Positions 53,201-64,000 of a stretch of 64,000 bases of DNA are shown here, one piece after another. Every line of letters starts with the position of its first letter. Within the stretch, counting starts at the first letter, position 1. Made by a program: the position numbers and the translations under genes. Origin of the DNA: Botryllus schlosseri (taxonomy: Eukaryota); contig CM119372.1 in NCBI GenBank assembly GCA_051294905.1, positions 37,758,001-37,822,000 of the forward strand, in the 5' to 3' direction. Under the pieces are notes generated by a model, which saw only the letters and a list, made by a program, of their open reading frames with translations, ran no database searches and was not told where the DNA came from.

Positions 53201-56060
53201 TTTGTACCCGGCAGATTCGACAACATCATATTTATGGCGTAAATAAACTTGACACAATAAAGCATCTGCATCAAATCTGATCCGAGCTAATCCATTGAAG
53301 GTGTGGTTGGATAAATCTGATGAACGTGACGAGACGAACCCATACGCATGCCCGATTCCAAGGATTACTGTTCCGTTAAACTGACTTAAGAACGAATAAC
53401 ATACTAAGAACTGAAATCTAATCCGATATATCGCCTAGGAGTAACGCCACTATCATATAAAAAGCTGTACTTTTATAACTGGTTGCTTTGTAATATTCAT
53501 TTTATTCAAAAGTGTCATGCTGGTAATTACTGCAATGTCCAATATAATAATAGTTGAGAGCTTTAGAAACCGCTAAGGTCCCAAGAGTGGCTAGATGGCC
53601 CTAATTCTGTTGGCCGAGTTTGAAAATTAAGTACAGGTGTGGGCCTACCCCCAAACGCGCATTTATTTTCCTCCAAGTCCAGAATGGGTAGGACTATAAG
53701 ACAGGTTTACAATCTTGCTAATGGGGCACTGCTATCTAAATGTGACGTGGTCTCAAATTATAGATGAAAGTGTTCGACCCTAAACTGCCTTGACTGCATC
53801 AATTCATATTATTTACTGCGCATTACACTGCTTTCTTCGTCCACCATTTCAACACTACAGAGTAGCCGTCATCTAAACCTATTCCCTCTCCATTTGTTCT
53901 AAGCGCTCCTACCGCACAATTTATAGCCTGCGTCCCCCTAACACGTGCCAAAGCGGGAGATGATGTTGTCCACTTTAGAAATAAATTCATTATTCGGATA
54001 TAGAATGTAATCTAGAACGTCATAGCTTAATCCATTACTTGTTAGCAGTAGCCATAATTATTTTTGAATGGGGGTAATCTATAATTAGTCCTTATAATTC
54101 AATACAGGGGGTAATGATATAAGCGGTAAGTCTATCCTTAAGAAATGTATCATCTACAGGCATGCCAGCTACCCAACGTCAAATCAGCTGATTATAAACT
54201 ATTGTCTCATATGCAATCGCGGGCGATACCAGTCCTAGTACGGCCATCATATAGGCCTATACTTACAATCACGTAAGATATTGTGTTTATAACTCCCATG
54301 AATAGGTAGTCCGTTTCATGACTATTTTGACCAGCTTTCGATAGTCCAATTGCCATCCAACCCGACGTGTCCATCGACAACTGAAGGGAAATAGAAGTCA
54401 GTTGTATGTAATATTAGGATTATCATATTTTGAGATCCGTAAAGAAAGACACGATTGACAGGCTTCAAAAGTCAATATAGCGGATGAGTAAATGGAAGAA
54501 CACTCTTCTCCGTGACATCTTGGACCATTTTAGGCTAAAAAGGAAGACATTTGGGCGAAGGGAGGACATTTCATGAAAAAGGAGGACAAATTCTCCTAAA
54601 GGAAAACGTATGGTAACCCTACTTAATATCATATAACCTATTAAATTGGGAATGAACAATACAAGGAATACAGTATAGCTTGGAGGCGTAAGTAACGGTA
54701 ATGTACCGTGATCCACGTAAAAATTGTATTGTAAAATTGTATTGTAAAATTGTAAAAGATATTGAGATATGGGGAAACGGGGTAGCCTACTTTGGCTCAG
54801 TTGTCATGACTATTTCCATCATACTCATATTAGTCATGCAAGCATTTTCTAATTTACTTTCTAATTTTTTAATACCCAAAATGCAAAAAGCAGATAGCTT
54901 CGACTAAAATCCGAAATACTCCTTACACATAACCATTTGAGTAACTAGTACAAGTAGTTGTAATGACTCGAGTCGCAATTTTTCGTTGACTCGTCTGATT
55001 TTATCAAATATGTAAAATGACGCGACTCAACTCGAGTCAATTTGTCTACTAACTCACCGTGCAGTCAATTCATTGCTCGTGACTCAACGTCGACACATTC
55101 TATATGACTTATTCGTGTCTCGGATATCAGGACTGATAATTGAAAAATAGGCCCAGAAACAGTTTTTTTCATTTGAATAAAATTGTTTAGAATGAGTAAA
55201 ATGAGTTCATTTTGAATCCGAAGGTCTACGATATCCCCCAGGGGGTTTACAGAAGTGACTTGAGCCTGACTTGAAGTTAACGCTGAACAGTAAACAACGT
55301 AACTTGGACTTGGACTGAAGTCTTAACACTATGACTAAGACTCAACCCGTTGCTCCCTGACTTGGAATCGGACTGGGCTCGGTTGTGAATTGAAAATGAC
55401 GGGACTGGACGTGAGTTTAACCAATAAAAGTGAAATTGACTTGTGGCTAGGGACCGTGTGGCTTGGTTACAGCCCTGCCTACTAGTGGACTCGGAAAAAA
55501 GTAGAAACACTTCATTACTGTAGAGTAGGGTTACCATATTTTGGAATTGGGAAAGGAGAACACTTTTACCAAATCAGAAAAGTTAGACGATCTCGATTAA
55601 GAACAGCCGATTTTGCTATTTTTGGTGGAAAATTTGTGAGTTGACTAAAAAAAAGTCATCACTTTCGTCGGATAGCCGAATGACCCGTTCGGACGTCCGT
55701 TTAAGCTAGCGTCATTCAAGCCCATTTGCAGTCGAATCTCTCCATTATCCTACCTGTAAAAGCAGCAAGGACGCATGGTAACCCTACTATATAGTATACC
55801 TTGAATGTGATATTCTCCTCGTTAAATGACCAAGCCAGTCTTTCCGTCCCGGACTTGGTCAGAACAGTGTGGTAGTCATAGTAACTTCTGTCCAAATCGT
55901 CAAAAGGTTCGTTACTTCCAGATTGCATGTGTGCCCCAGAACTGTTCCAAAGACCAAGGTCGGCATAATTCAGATGTATTGCCGACTGCCATTGTCCCAG
56001 TGTATTCGTAACGCAGCACAGTAATGTGACGAACAGGAGTATGGCTTGAAAAAGTTTCAT
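29202..56060 (-). CDS. MOXD1-like: DBH-like monooxygenase (MOXD family) gene B: signal peptide + DOMON + Cu type II monooxygenase N and C domains + hydrophobic C-terminus; ~647 aa; all copper ligands substituted
   Basis: 15 GT-AG exons with consistent phases: 55800-56060 (MKLFQAILLF...LAWSFNEENITFK), 54267-54380 (LSMDTSGWMAIGLS...), 50453-50599 (DAYVSD...RPLITCDRHDVDIT), 48816-48909 (NDTFRIFWAY...), 47664-47729 (DLYLKLLNSP...), 45970-46091 (...HCEAFRFGGIANKVHITE), 42575-42652 (FEPLFRRGQEYNVAQIIIREC), 41420-41612 (...CGTILFAWSLG...FVMEILY), 37579-37736 (DSSGMKIHYT...IIPP...GHCITEC), 37424-37512 (...LGKRIRLRHFR), 31040-31196 (...GDNLIVECTFNT), 30755-30854 (...GESCLAHLGYYPR), 30639-30697, 30124-30207 (FQWTKE...VQC), 29202-29423. 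Total 1944 nt with no internal stop. Collinear with MOXD1 as I recall its sequence. The 37736 acceptor (AAG) and the 48816 donor are the least certain boundaries. Confidence 0.9.
31393..33376. mobile_element. hAT non-autonomous element with internal direct repeats
   Basis: CAGTGGTCAGGAACC...GGTTCCCGACCACTG; TSD GTATACAC; ~31850-32500 resembles ~32640-33280. Confidence 0.88.
33465..34325 (+). mobile_element. hAT derivative carrying a C-terminal dimerisation-domain remnant
   Basis: ORF 33776-34036 ...CCQPTTATVERFFFILGKLL; homologous copies at ~39451-40323 and ~61688-62345; boundaries approximate. Confidence 0.7.
35483..36842. mobile_element. hAT element, middle layer
   Basis: CAGGGGTTCTCAACC...GGTTGAGAACCACTG; TSD CTATACAC. 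Confidence 0.9.
36203..36727. mobile_element. hAT MITE, inner layer
   Basis: CAGGGGTGCGCA...TGCCCACCTCTG; TSD TATTAGAT. Confidence 0.85.
37859..38611. mobile_element. hAT MITE
   Basis: CAGTAATTCTCAACC...ATTGAGAACCACTG; TSD CACTAGAC. Confidence 0.88.
39451..40323 (-). mobile_element. hAT derivative, second copy of the 33465-34325 family
   Basis: Reverse-complement similarity including the dimerisation-domain remnant at ~39800-40030. Confidence 0.7.
42832..43080 (+). mobile_element. tRNA-derived SINE
   Basis: A-box-like TGTGTAATGGTT, B-box GGTTCGATCCC (42881), then GGGCCATACCAAAGAC...TGGTATCCGCAGCT, resembling the Meta-type SINE core; ends in (TC)n. No intact acceptor stem, so not a tRNA gene. 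Confidence 0.75.
46407..47242. mobile_element. hAT MITE
   Basis: CACGGGTGTTCAAC...TTGGATAACCCTG; TSD ATCTAGAC; internal match to 23101-23882. Confidence 0.85.
50911..52337 (-). mobile_element. Internally deleted Chapaev3-like (CMC superfamily) DNA transposon
   Basis: TIR CACTGGTCAACA...TGTTTACCAGTG; 3-bp TSD TTA; subterminal inverted repeats; decayed transposase YRKLGTNMCIKVHFLFSHLDIFP...QGERF*QDI at ~51480-51630. Family assignment is from recalled motifs. Confidence 0.65.
55526..55786. mobile_element. hAT MITE (TAGGGTTACCAT type)
   Basis: TIR TAGGGTTACCAT...ATGGTAACCCTA; imperfect TSD CTGTAGAG/CTATATAG. Confidence 0.8.
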
Positions 56061-57195
56061 TGCAACTCTATGTGCAATTGATAGAGTCTAGGCAGTCTGA
56101 ACACGTAAAAAATGGTTGATGATTTGACTAACGAGGAAACCGAACAGAATTATCGAAATATTCCATATTATCTCTGACAGGTACGGGTCCACACATGAAA
56201 TGTTAAGAAAACTTTTTCATCACAGTATTGTAAAAAAAGTCTCAAAATACTTCCTATAGCATAAATACTGGTCAAGCTATCTTTCAGCTAGGCAATGAAC
56301 TATTAGAACAGCTCCGCTGTTTGCGAATAGGGATTTCTTACCTAATGCAGTGGATTTTGTTAAAATATCATCCTTGAGCTTATTTACTCTTCACTGGTGC
56401 AAATATAAATAACTATAAATGTACGTCAACATACATGTCCTTTTCTTCAGCAGTAGCAAATACCAGCAATCAGTCCGTGCATGGATATTCACGAGTCTAA
56501 AAGTACACTATTTCTTTCGAACATCATATTTCTTTATTTTGCCTGAATAACTTAACCGTATCATAAAAATGATCGATTTCGTGAATAAATCATTTCCACA
56601 CTCAGATAATCAGACTACTAAGCTAACAAGTACGTATAGCTTTATGTAGTAGAACGACACGCTTAACACAGGACTATAAGGTATTTCTTATACATCAAAT
56701 CTTAATATAACTTTAGTGGAACACCTTGGTGCTTGAAAGGACAAGGTCAAGCTGCTGCGGATCAAAAACAACGGGATGACGAAAACAATAATTGGCACTC
56801 ATCAACGCGTTCGAATGTCGAGCAGAAAGTGACCTTTCAGTAACCCAGCTACATCGCAGACGCGGAATCAATCTATATTTATGATTGCCAGACAAATACG
56901 CGACAACCTCGCTTTTATAGTAAGAATTGATGAAAGAAAAAGTTACGGAGATATTGGGAATTCTCGCGGTTTATCGTGTTACCTCGTCTATCTCGACTAT
57001 CGCCATATCGACTTCGCTATTTCCCCGGGATATATATAGCCTATGTTATATAACGTGATAGTTAAGCTTGTGTCTTCTGCCTGTGCTGATGTGTATTGTA
57101 GATATCACGCCATTTGGCATAATTGTGTTCCAGTTCGATTACCTACTGTCATATTGCTGGGTATGGAGCAGTGATTCCAAACCGATACACTATAT

Positions 57196-58815
57196 CAGTG
57201 GTTCTCAACCGGTGTGCTGCGGCACACTAGTGTGCCAATTGAACTGCTCAGGTGTGCCGCGAGCAAATGAGGTAAACTAGGTCGAAGTATAACAAAAATC
57301 CAAATTTTGAGTGTGTCATTGTTGGTTTTTCTATTGAATTTGCCCGATCAAGACATGCGATGTACAATCGATCCAGTGAACAGATACAAGGATGTCGAGA
57401 CGACCCTAGTTACGGTATCACAATATGACATCCCCATTAGTTAATGGATCGGGTCTTTCTCTGGCTTTTTTATTGTAAAGACGCTCTGAGTACAGCAACG
57501 TATAGGGTCGGACAATCTCATAAATCTGCGACGCTTCGTTACTTGCTACTGCACTCCCATGAATCAAACTGGGGCCTCCGCCGTCAATTGGTATGATACG
57601 CTAGTTTACCCACATATAGTAGCATTTAGGACGATGATAACTTGAGTCGTACAATTGGACCGTGATGTTGAGGCCCATCAGATCCGGAGTCAGAACAAGG
57701 ACATGACGCAGGTTGATGACATTTTTCTGTTTCTTTTTCTGGTCGTATTCTTGCCATGTCTTCGTCATCTATGATCATTTTATACCATGCCGATATTACT
57801 AATTTTGATTCCTGAGATGAAAACTTATGGAACGGCCCACTTTTTGTAAGACACTGCTTTTGCAGATCGGAGGACAAGTAGGAGCCTTCATAAACCTCAA
57901 TAATCTAGGAGGGCATTCCACCATCGAGAAATGAAGTCATTTGAATGTGATGTTCACATTTACAACTAGAATTGGCAACATATAGCCATTCACATTGCGA
58001 ATGTTAGGTATAGCGTGCCAGCACTGCAAGTAAAATGTAGGCTCAGGGCGCAACGTAATTGTGCAGGCGACAAATTTGAGAATTGAGAAGTAAAGTTGAT
58101 CAAATTACATCAGTTAACAAGATTTCACCGCCGCTGAGGTTTATTATCCCGGTTTGTTGGGGCTACAATTGAACAGCGGCTGGCTGCCAGTAAGACTATT
58201 GAGGTATTGCTATCCTCACAGGAGCTATTACACGATCTGCATGGAAATGCCATACACCTCTGGTTAGTGGCGATCGTGATTCGACTCTTCGATGTGACGG
58301 TTAATTACATCGACAATGAGGCAGTGGGCAGATTTTATTGTCCAGCCAATCTTATGAAATTAACCTCGAGCTGAAGTTTCAACGAAATCTCAGTAGGCCA
58401 GTTATGTGGTAACAGAGGTAATAGCTGATAGTTCAAAACCTCACACGGAATCAGAGAAAGTTCTTATTCCAGCCGGCATTCAAATTGTAGAAAAAATGTT
58501 TGATAAGAATTTAAAACCATCCCCATGTCAAATGATACCATTCGTAGACGTATTTGTGACATGTCCGCCGAAATAAAAGAAAACCTAATTTCTTCTCTGA
58601 AGAAGAGAAAAGCCTACTTGAGTGCTTTGAAAAGGTAGAAGTACTTCGTCAGTGACCACTGACCACCCATGTAAGACTGTGGTTGCTGCTATACGCATTC
58701 TGCTAGTTTGCCTTTCCCGTGAGCCCAAAGAGTTCAGAACCACTGTGCTAGTGTGCAGCGAACTAATTTTCATTTTCAAAGTATGCCGCGAGGTCAAAAA
58801 GGTTGAGAACCACTG
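57196..58815 (+). mobile_element. Buster-type hAT deletion derivative, 1620 bp
   Basis: CAGTGGTTCTCAACC...GGTTGAGAACCACTG; TSD CACTATAT; transposase remnant IPMSNDTIRRRICDMSAEIKENLISSLK at ~58520-58600. Confidence 0.9.
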
Positions 58816-58945
58816 CACTATATCGTTGCGCCTCATCTGTCTCTTTTTAGTGATCACAGGTAGCCTTGTGAACGAACCCCGTGGCCTTGAAATCAAATTC
58901 GTGACGGGGTCCATGCAATGAATTTAACAACATATAGGTTACAAT

Positions 58946-60193
58946 TAGAGCCCGACCGATATTGGATTTTTGAGCCGATACCGATAAAACCGATATCCAG
59001 TACCTTCACCGATAACCCCGATATATTCGGCCGATATTCAAAAGATATGGAATCTAGCTCAAGGCGCATATTCAACACCTCAAGAGTATTTAATTGAAAA
59101 TGTTTACAGCCATTGCTATACTAAACATGAAATGAATGATCTGGGGGGCAATAAAAATATATCAGTAGCACCAGTCTAGCAGTTGCAGATTACAATTCAC
59201 GAAGCATAATTTCTCTGCGTTTTCTCCAGGGAGTGAACTTGTGTGGTATTCATAAATGATGAAAGCTATACGGTACTAAACACAGTGAACAGTCTTTCCC
59301 TTGGTACCGTAGTTGGTAGCACAGCAAGAACCGGGAATCTTTGTTTATTTTGGTTCCACGACTGCAGGGGATCTTTTCTTCATTGGTTCCACCAAATATT
59401 GATATTTTTCTGGCAGTGCACCTGGAGCCTTCAGAACATCATTAACAGCTGAAGAGAATGTGCAAAACAACTCAAATTGTTCACGTCAGCTCCACCCATC
59501 CCCTTGACTATGAACAGCATTTCAACAATCAGCTGAGCAATCTTTTACACACGTCAGAATTGGCCCATGTCATTATGGAATCAAAAATATTCGTATGAAT
59601 TATTGGCTCTTTTTGCTTGGTTTTCTTGCACTCTATGCCCGCACATTACTTATCACGGAGGCCCCTCAGTCAGATGACTCCATACCTTACCGGTATTTTT
59701 CGCTTTGTTGGTACTGAGCCTTGGCTTGTGAGCTTCCTACACAGACACCAACAGCACTACCTACAGGTAAATGTTTACACACGACCTTTTTTCTCTGTCA
59801 TCGCGACGGTCAGTCCAACTTGAATGAAGTTTTCATTTCTCAAATGAATCGATTGAAATCTTCTGCATACATTCTATTCACTCGATGTCTGCTCTCCGTC
59901 TCTTGTGTTCGATTACCGAAGGGGATTCCCGCTGAAGTCACTGGGGCATAACGGTGAAATTATATTTTTCACGTAGGGCTACGGGCTTGTGTGCATTGCA
60001 GCTTGGCCATTTATCTTTATAATTTACTGACATTCAGTGAAGACTTTGCGTCTTCTCTGAACCCTTACGACCACGTTGTGACGTCACGAAAATGGCTGAT
60101 ATTTTTTTACCTCAAGTGGCCGATACCGATATTTCTTTCCAAGTGTGATATCGACTCGATATTATCGGCGAGCCGATAATCGGTCGGGCTCTA
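58946..60193 (-). mobile_element. Ac-type hAT deletion derivative
   Basis: TIR TAGAGCCCGACCGAT; TSD GTTACAAT; minus-strand remnants LSCFAHSLQL and DPLQSWNQNKQRFPVLA...VPRERLF. Confidence 0.85.
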
Positions 60194-60859
60194 GTTACAA
60201 TTGATTAGTCGAACGCTTGCATCCATCCATATATCAGAACTAATCAATGACGCAATACCGTGCTTGTATTTTTTCCTAATATTCATGGGGATTTTGCCTA
60301 ATTTATACCACTTACTCAATGGGCCATGTTTTTAGACTATTTACTTCTACTTCTACTATCAGCTATTTCTGCTAAACTACTCTTACTTTTGATACTTGAA
60401 AATAATATTTTTTTTGAGTTAGCATCAATTTATATGGTGAAATTGCTATAAGAACCCAGCAAAATACCCCTGTATCACGGTATCTGAATAAATGTTACAT
60501 ATCTATTGTGTTATTACTTACGTGGCGTTAGTCGAGAAGAATAATATTCCATTTCTAATGTATCCGCCTCCGACTGTTATTGACCTCTAAAAGTATACAA
60601 TCCTTGACCGAATCTACATTTTGAAACAAATACTTGAGTACTTTTCATGCAATCATTTTCTACTTCACCTTCAATTGGTTTTGACTTGTTTGGGAGCTCG
60701 ATACTTCTACTTGTTTTCAGTAAAAAAATTGCGTTGTTATTTCTGCTTTTACTTTTACTTACCAATGTTGAATTCTGTGATGACCGCACTTATTACACAA
60801 GCTATTTGTTTGTTCTATACAGGGTTCAACAGTGGCAATAGACTCTCGTATATATACAC

Positions 60860-61581
60860 TAGGGGTGGCCAACCTTTTCAGCCAAAGGGCCACATTTGAT
60901 TGTCGAACCATCGCGTGGGCCACTAGTCGCGCCAAGCGCGAAAATTTTTCGAAGTTCATAGGTCAATAATATTGTCACTTGACTATATTTCGGGCCTGCT
61001 GTATATCGCTGGGCTCAGTTTGCAATGAATGGACTATTCGGCGCCCATAGATATCGATATCGAAGGCTTCGATCAACATGCGTCAATCATTTTGTCCTAG
61101 GTTTCATAGTCGACGGTCTTCCTGCGTGCGCAAATGCAAGGTCGCATGTTGGTGAACGACACTTTATCTCGTAATCGCGAATATAGTTAGACTCAGTCTG
61201 ATACATTAGGCGCTCTTTCATTTTCACAAAGGGGTAACAATATGAAGAGAAAGAAATCGAGTGACAACATGTTGCGCGCAGCGCAGAAAATTTTTACTTT
61301 TGATAAATCTATCGCAAATTATTCTGCTCTATTGTAGTGTAAGAAGATCTACAAAAATGTGACTGGCTCATGGATCTGCCAATGCTTCGGAACTGATATT
61401 TCAGTCCTCACATCTCAAGTGTTGTGACCAGACAAATCAAATTTTTGGTTGGCGTTGCTAGTTCACAATCTATGCAATCCACTTTTGATAATATTACTAA
61501 TTTCGGAAATTACCTCGCGGGCCACTCTAGACCTTCTCGTGGGCCACATGTGGCCCGCGGGCCACGGGTCGGCCGGCCCTG
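60860..61581. mobile_element. hAT MITE
   Basis: TAGGGGTGGCCAACC...GGCCGGCCCTG; TSD ATATACAC. Confidence 0.85.
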
Positions 61582-61687
61582 ATATACACCTTACATTCTC
61601 TCATCATTGACATTTTAGAAAATTGTTATTGTTAGATGCCACTCGCTAGCGTCTATTCGAACTGTGCTGCCACATTCTTATATATTA

Positions 61688-62345
61688 TAAGAGCGATTTG
61701 TTTACCTAAAAAACGGAAGATTTTGACCTAAAAAATCAAACTTTTGACATTTTTTGACTTCAAAAAACTTAATTTTGACCAACTTTTGACCTCACGCATG
61801 CAAATTACGTGTTTTCGCACATATTGGTAAAATGGTACCACTTAACTGTCTGTCCTTACGAAGTAGTTTGGCATGAAAAAACGTTTTTGACTTGAAAACT
61901 GACAAATTGTTACATGAACAAACTTTATTTTAACGAAATCTGGCCCTATGAAGGATTCCAGAAGTTACACCGCGCATTATGGTAGAAATAATTGAAATTT
62001 GTTGTAGTACAACGAAAGATACTTTCCTACATTCTCGGGTAGAAAGTGTTTGTCCTTAGTAAGTAGCCTGCCAAGAATGGAGAAAGAACGTTCAACAGCG
62101 GCAGCTGTTGGATGACAACACGGAAGTTGTGCGTACACTGCTGGTGACACACCGTGTTGCTTCATTCTGACAATGTTGTTTATATCACAATTTTTCATCA
62201 TGATATAAGAATCACGCAATGCCCAAGCAGTCTTGCTTCAGTTAGGATATTGCGGTACGTTGACCATAACACTATGTCAACTTAATTGCTTAATTCGACC
62301 GTTTATGATTCACAATGAGCATGGCAATGGGCCATCTACAACAGT
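61688..62345 (-). mobile_element. hAT derivative, third copy of the 33465-34325 family
   Basis: ORF 61977-62219 ...CCHPTAAAVERSFSILGRLL. Confidence 0.7.
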
Positions 62346-63051
62346 AGGCGTATAAAGTAGGCTACAGGCTAGGGATGGTGTGAACCTCTGAAAGGTTCGG
62401 GTTCGTGTGAGCGCGAACCTTTTTGAAAGGTTCTTTATGAACGCGAACGTGAACCTCGTGACGTCACGTGACGTTATATTGCTAATTCCAACCCTATATT
62501 TCAGTGAAGTGATAGCCTTGCAATATCTAGCGACGATTCGGGCCGCATATTGCCACAATGCTGAATACCTATTGATACTTTAAACGTCTACAGATGTATC
62601 AACTGGGGCAATCAATTGATATAATCATCCCAGAAAATCAATATCTTGCGTCGCTTTACCACAATTTCGGCGTGATCTTGCAAGGAAATATAAGCTTATG
62701 CCTCAACGGTCAAGGTCAGACCGGACAATTTATTCGGCGTCCCGAGTATTGCTACGTTGATGTTGAGCAGAGTGTAAAACGGGTTTCCCTACTAGCTACC
62801 GACATTACCCCTTTAACAAGTTATACAGCAGTAACCAACACCCCAATCCACGAAGTTGGTTTTTATGATACAATAAACATATGAAATCGAGATGGACCCC
62901 CTACGCCTGCTAGATTTTTTACATCAGACAACGATATCAATTTCGTTGATTAGTTGGATAAGAGTCATTCGCTGACTACCTACATGTACTGTTTCGCTCT
63001 TGATGTTGTATGATTGCGGGTCAAGCTCACAGCAGAGATTAGTCACTAAAT

Positions 63052-64000
63052 CAGTGGTTCCCAACCGGTGTGCCGCGGCACACTAGTGTGCCAATTGGAC
63101 TGCTCAGGTGTGCCGCGAGCAAATGCGCTAAACTGGGTCGAAGTATAACAAAAATCTAAATTTTGAGTGTGTCATTGTTGGAGTTTCTATTGAATTTACT
63201 ATATCAAGACACACGATGTACAACCGATGCAGTGAACAGATACAAGGATGTCGCGACGGCCATAGTAACGTTATCTTAATTAGGCATCCCCATCAGGTCA
63301 TGGATTGGGTTTTTTCTGGCTTTTTTATTGTAAAGACGCTCTGAGAACAGCAACGTATATGGTCGGAGAATCTCATAAATCTGCGACGCTTCGTAACTTG
63401 CTACTGCACTGCCATGAATGAAACTGGGGCCTCCACCGTCAATGGGTGTGATGCGCTAGTTTGCCCTCATATATTAGCATTTATGACGGTGATAGATAGA
63501 TAACTAGACTCGGGCTATTGGACCGTGATGTTGAGGTGTGGCCGAAGGTGTCCTCTTACTTGTCCCCCCATTAGAACCGGAGGCAGAGCAGGGACGTGAC
63601 GTAGTTGGTGACCTTTTTCTGTTTCTATTTGTAGTCGTATTCTTGCCATGTCTTCGTTATCGATGATAATTTTATACCATGCCGATATAACATATTTTGA
63701 TTCCTGAGATGCCAACTTATAGCACGGTCCACTTTTTGTAAGACACCGCTTTTGCAGATCCGAGGACCAGTAGGAGCCAATATAAACCTGCAACACCTAG
63801 GAAGGCATTCCCACCATCGAGAAATGTATACTCATTTGGAAGTGAGGTTCACGTTTACAAATTAGAATTGCCGACATAGCCATTCACATTGCGATTGTTA
63901 GGTAGCGTGCCAGCATTCCAGGTAAAAGTAGGCTCAGGGTGCAACGTAATGTTGCAGGCGACAAATTTGAGAATTGATAAGTAATGTTGATCAAATTATA
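63052..64000 (+). mobile_element. Second copy of the 57196-58815 element, truncated by the window end
   Basis: CAGTGGTTCCCAACCGGTGTG and collinear similarity to 57196-58120; left flank CACTAAAT. Confidence 0.88.

Noticed and set aside
53123-53380. 85-codon Cys/His-containing open frame on the minus strand
   Set aside because: No recognisable homology; open frames of this length are expected by chance in 64 kb.
62594-62884. 96-aa ORF after a CAG acceptor-like site
   Set aside because: No recognisable domain or partner exons.

Overview
Eukaryotic, AT-rich, intron-containing animal genomic DNA. Short introns and the hAT/MITE load suggest a marine invertebrate, possibly an ascidian (inference). 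The window holds two DBH-like/MOXD-family genes on the minus strand, neither visible as a single ORF in the track. Gene B (29202-56060, 15 exons, about 647 aa) has an unbroken reading frame and conserved cysteines, but all six copper ligands of the type II copper monooxygenase active site are replaced, so it looks like a pseudoenzyme. Gene A (exons 17204 to about 3048, probably continuing left of the window) has DOMON exons, and its ~10.5 kb second intron contains two atypical rhodopsin-class GPCR genes with uninterrupted ORFs on the opposite strand. A third, TE-disrupted GPCR copy and a relic DOMON exon lie between genes A and B, pointing to block duplication. The rest is dense with hAT-family elements (many with perfect 8-bp TSDs, some nested three deep), a decayed Buster-type transposase, a Chapaev3-like relic, LINE 3' ends and a tRNA-derived SINE. 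All gene models and alignments were made by eye; no database searches were run.
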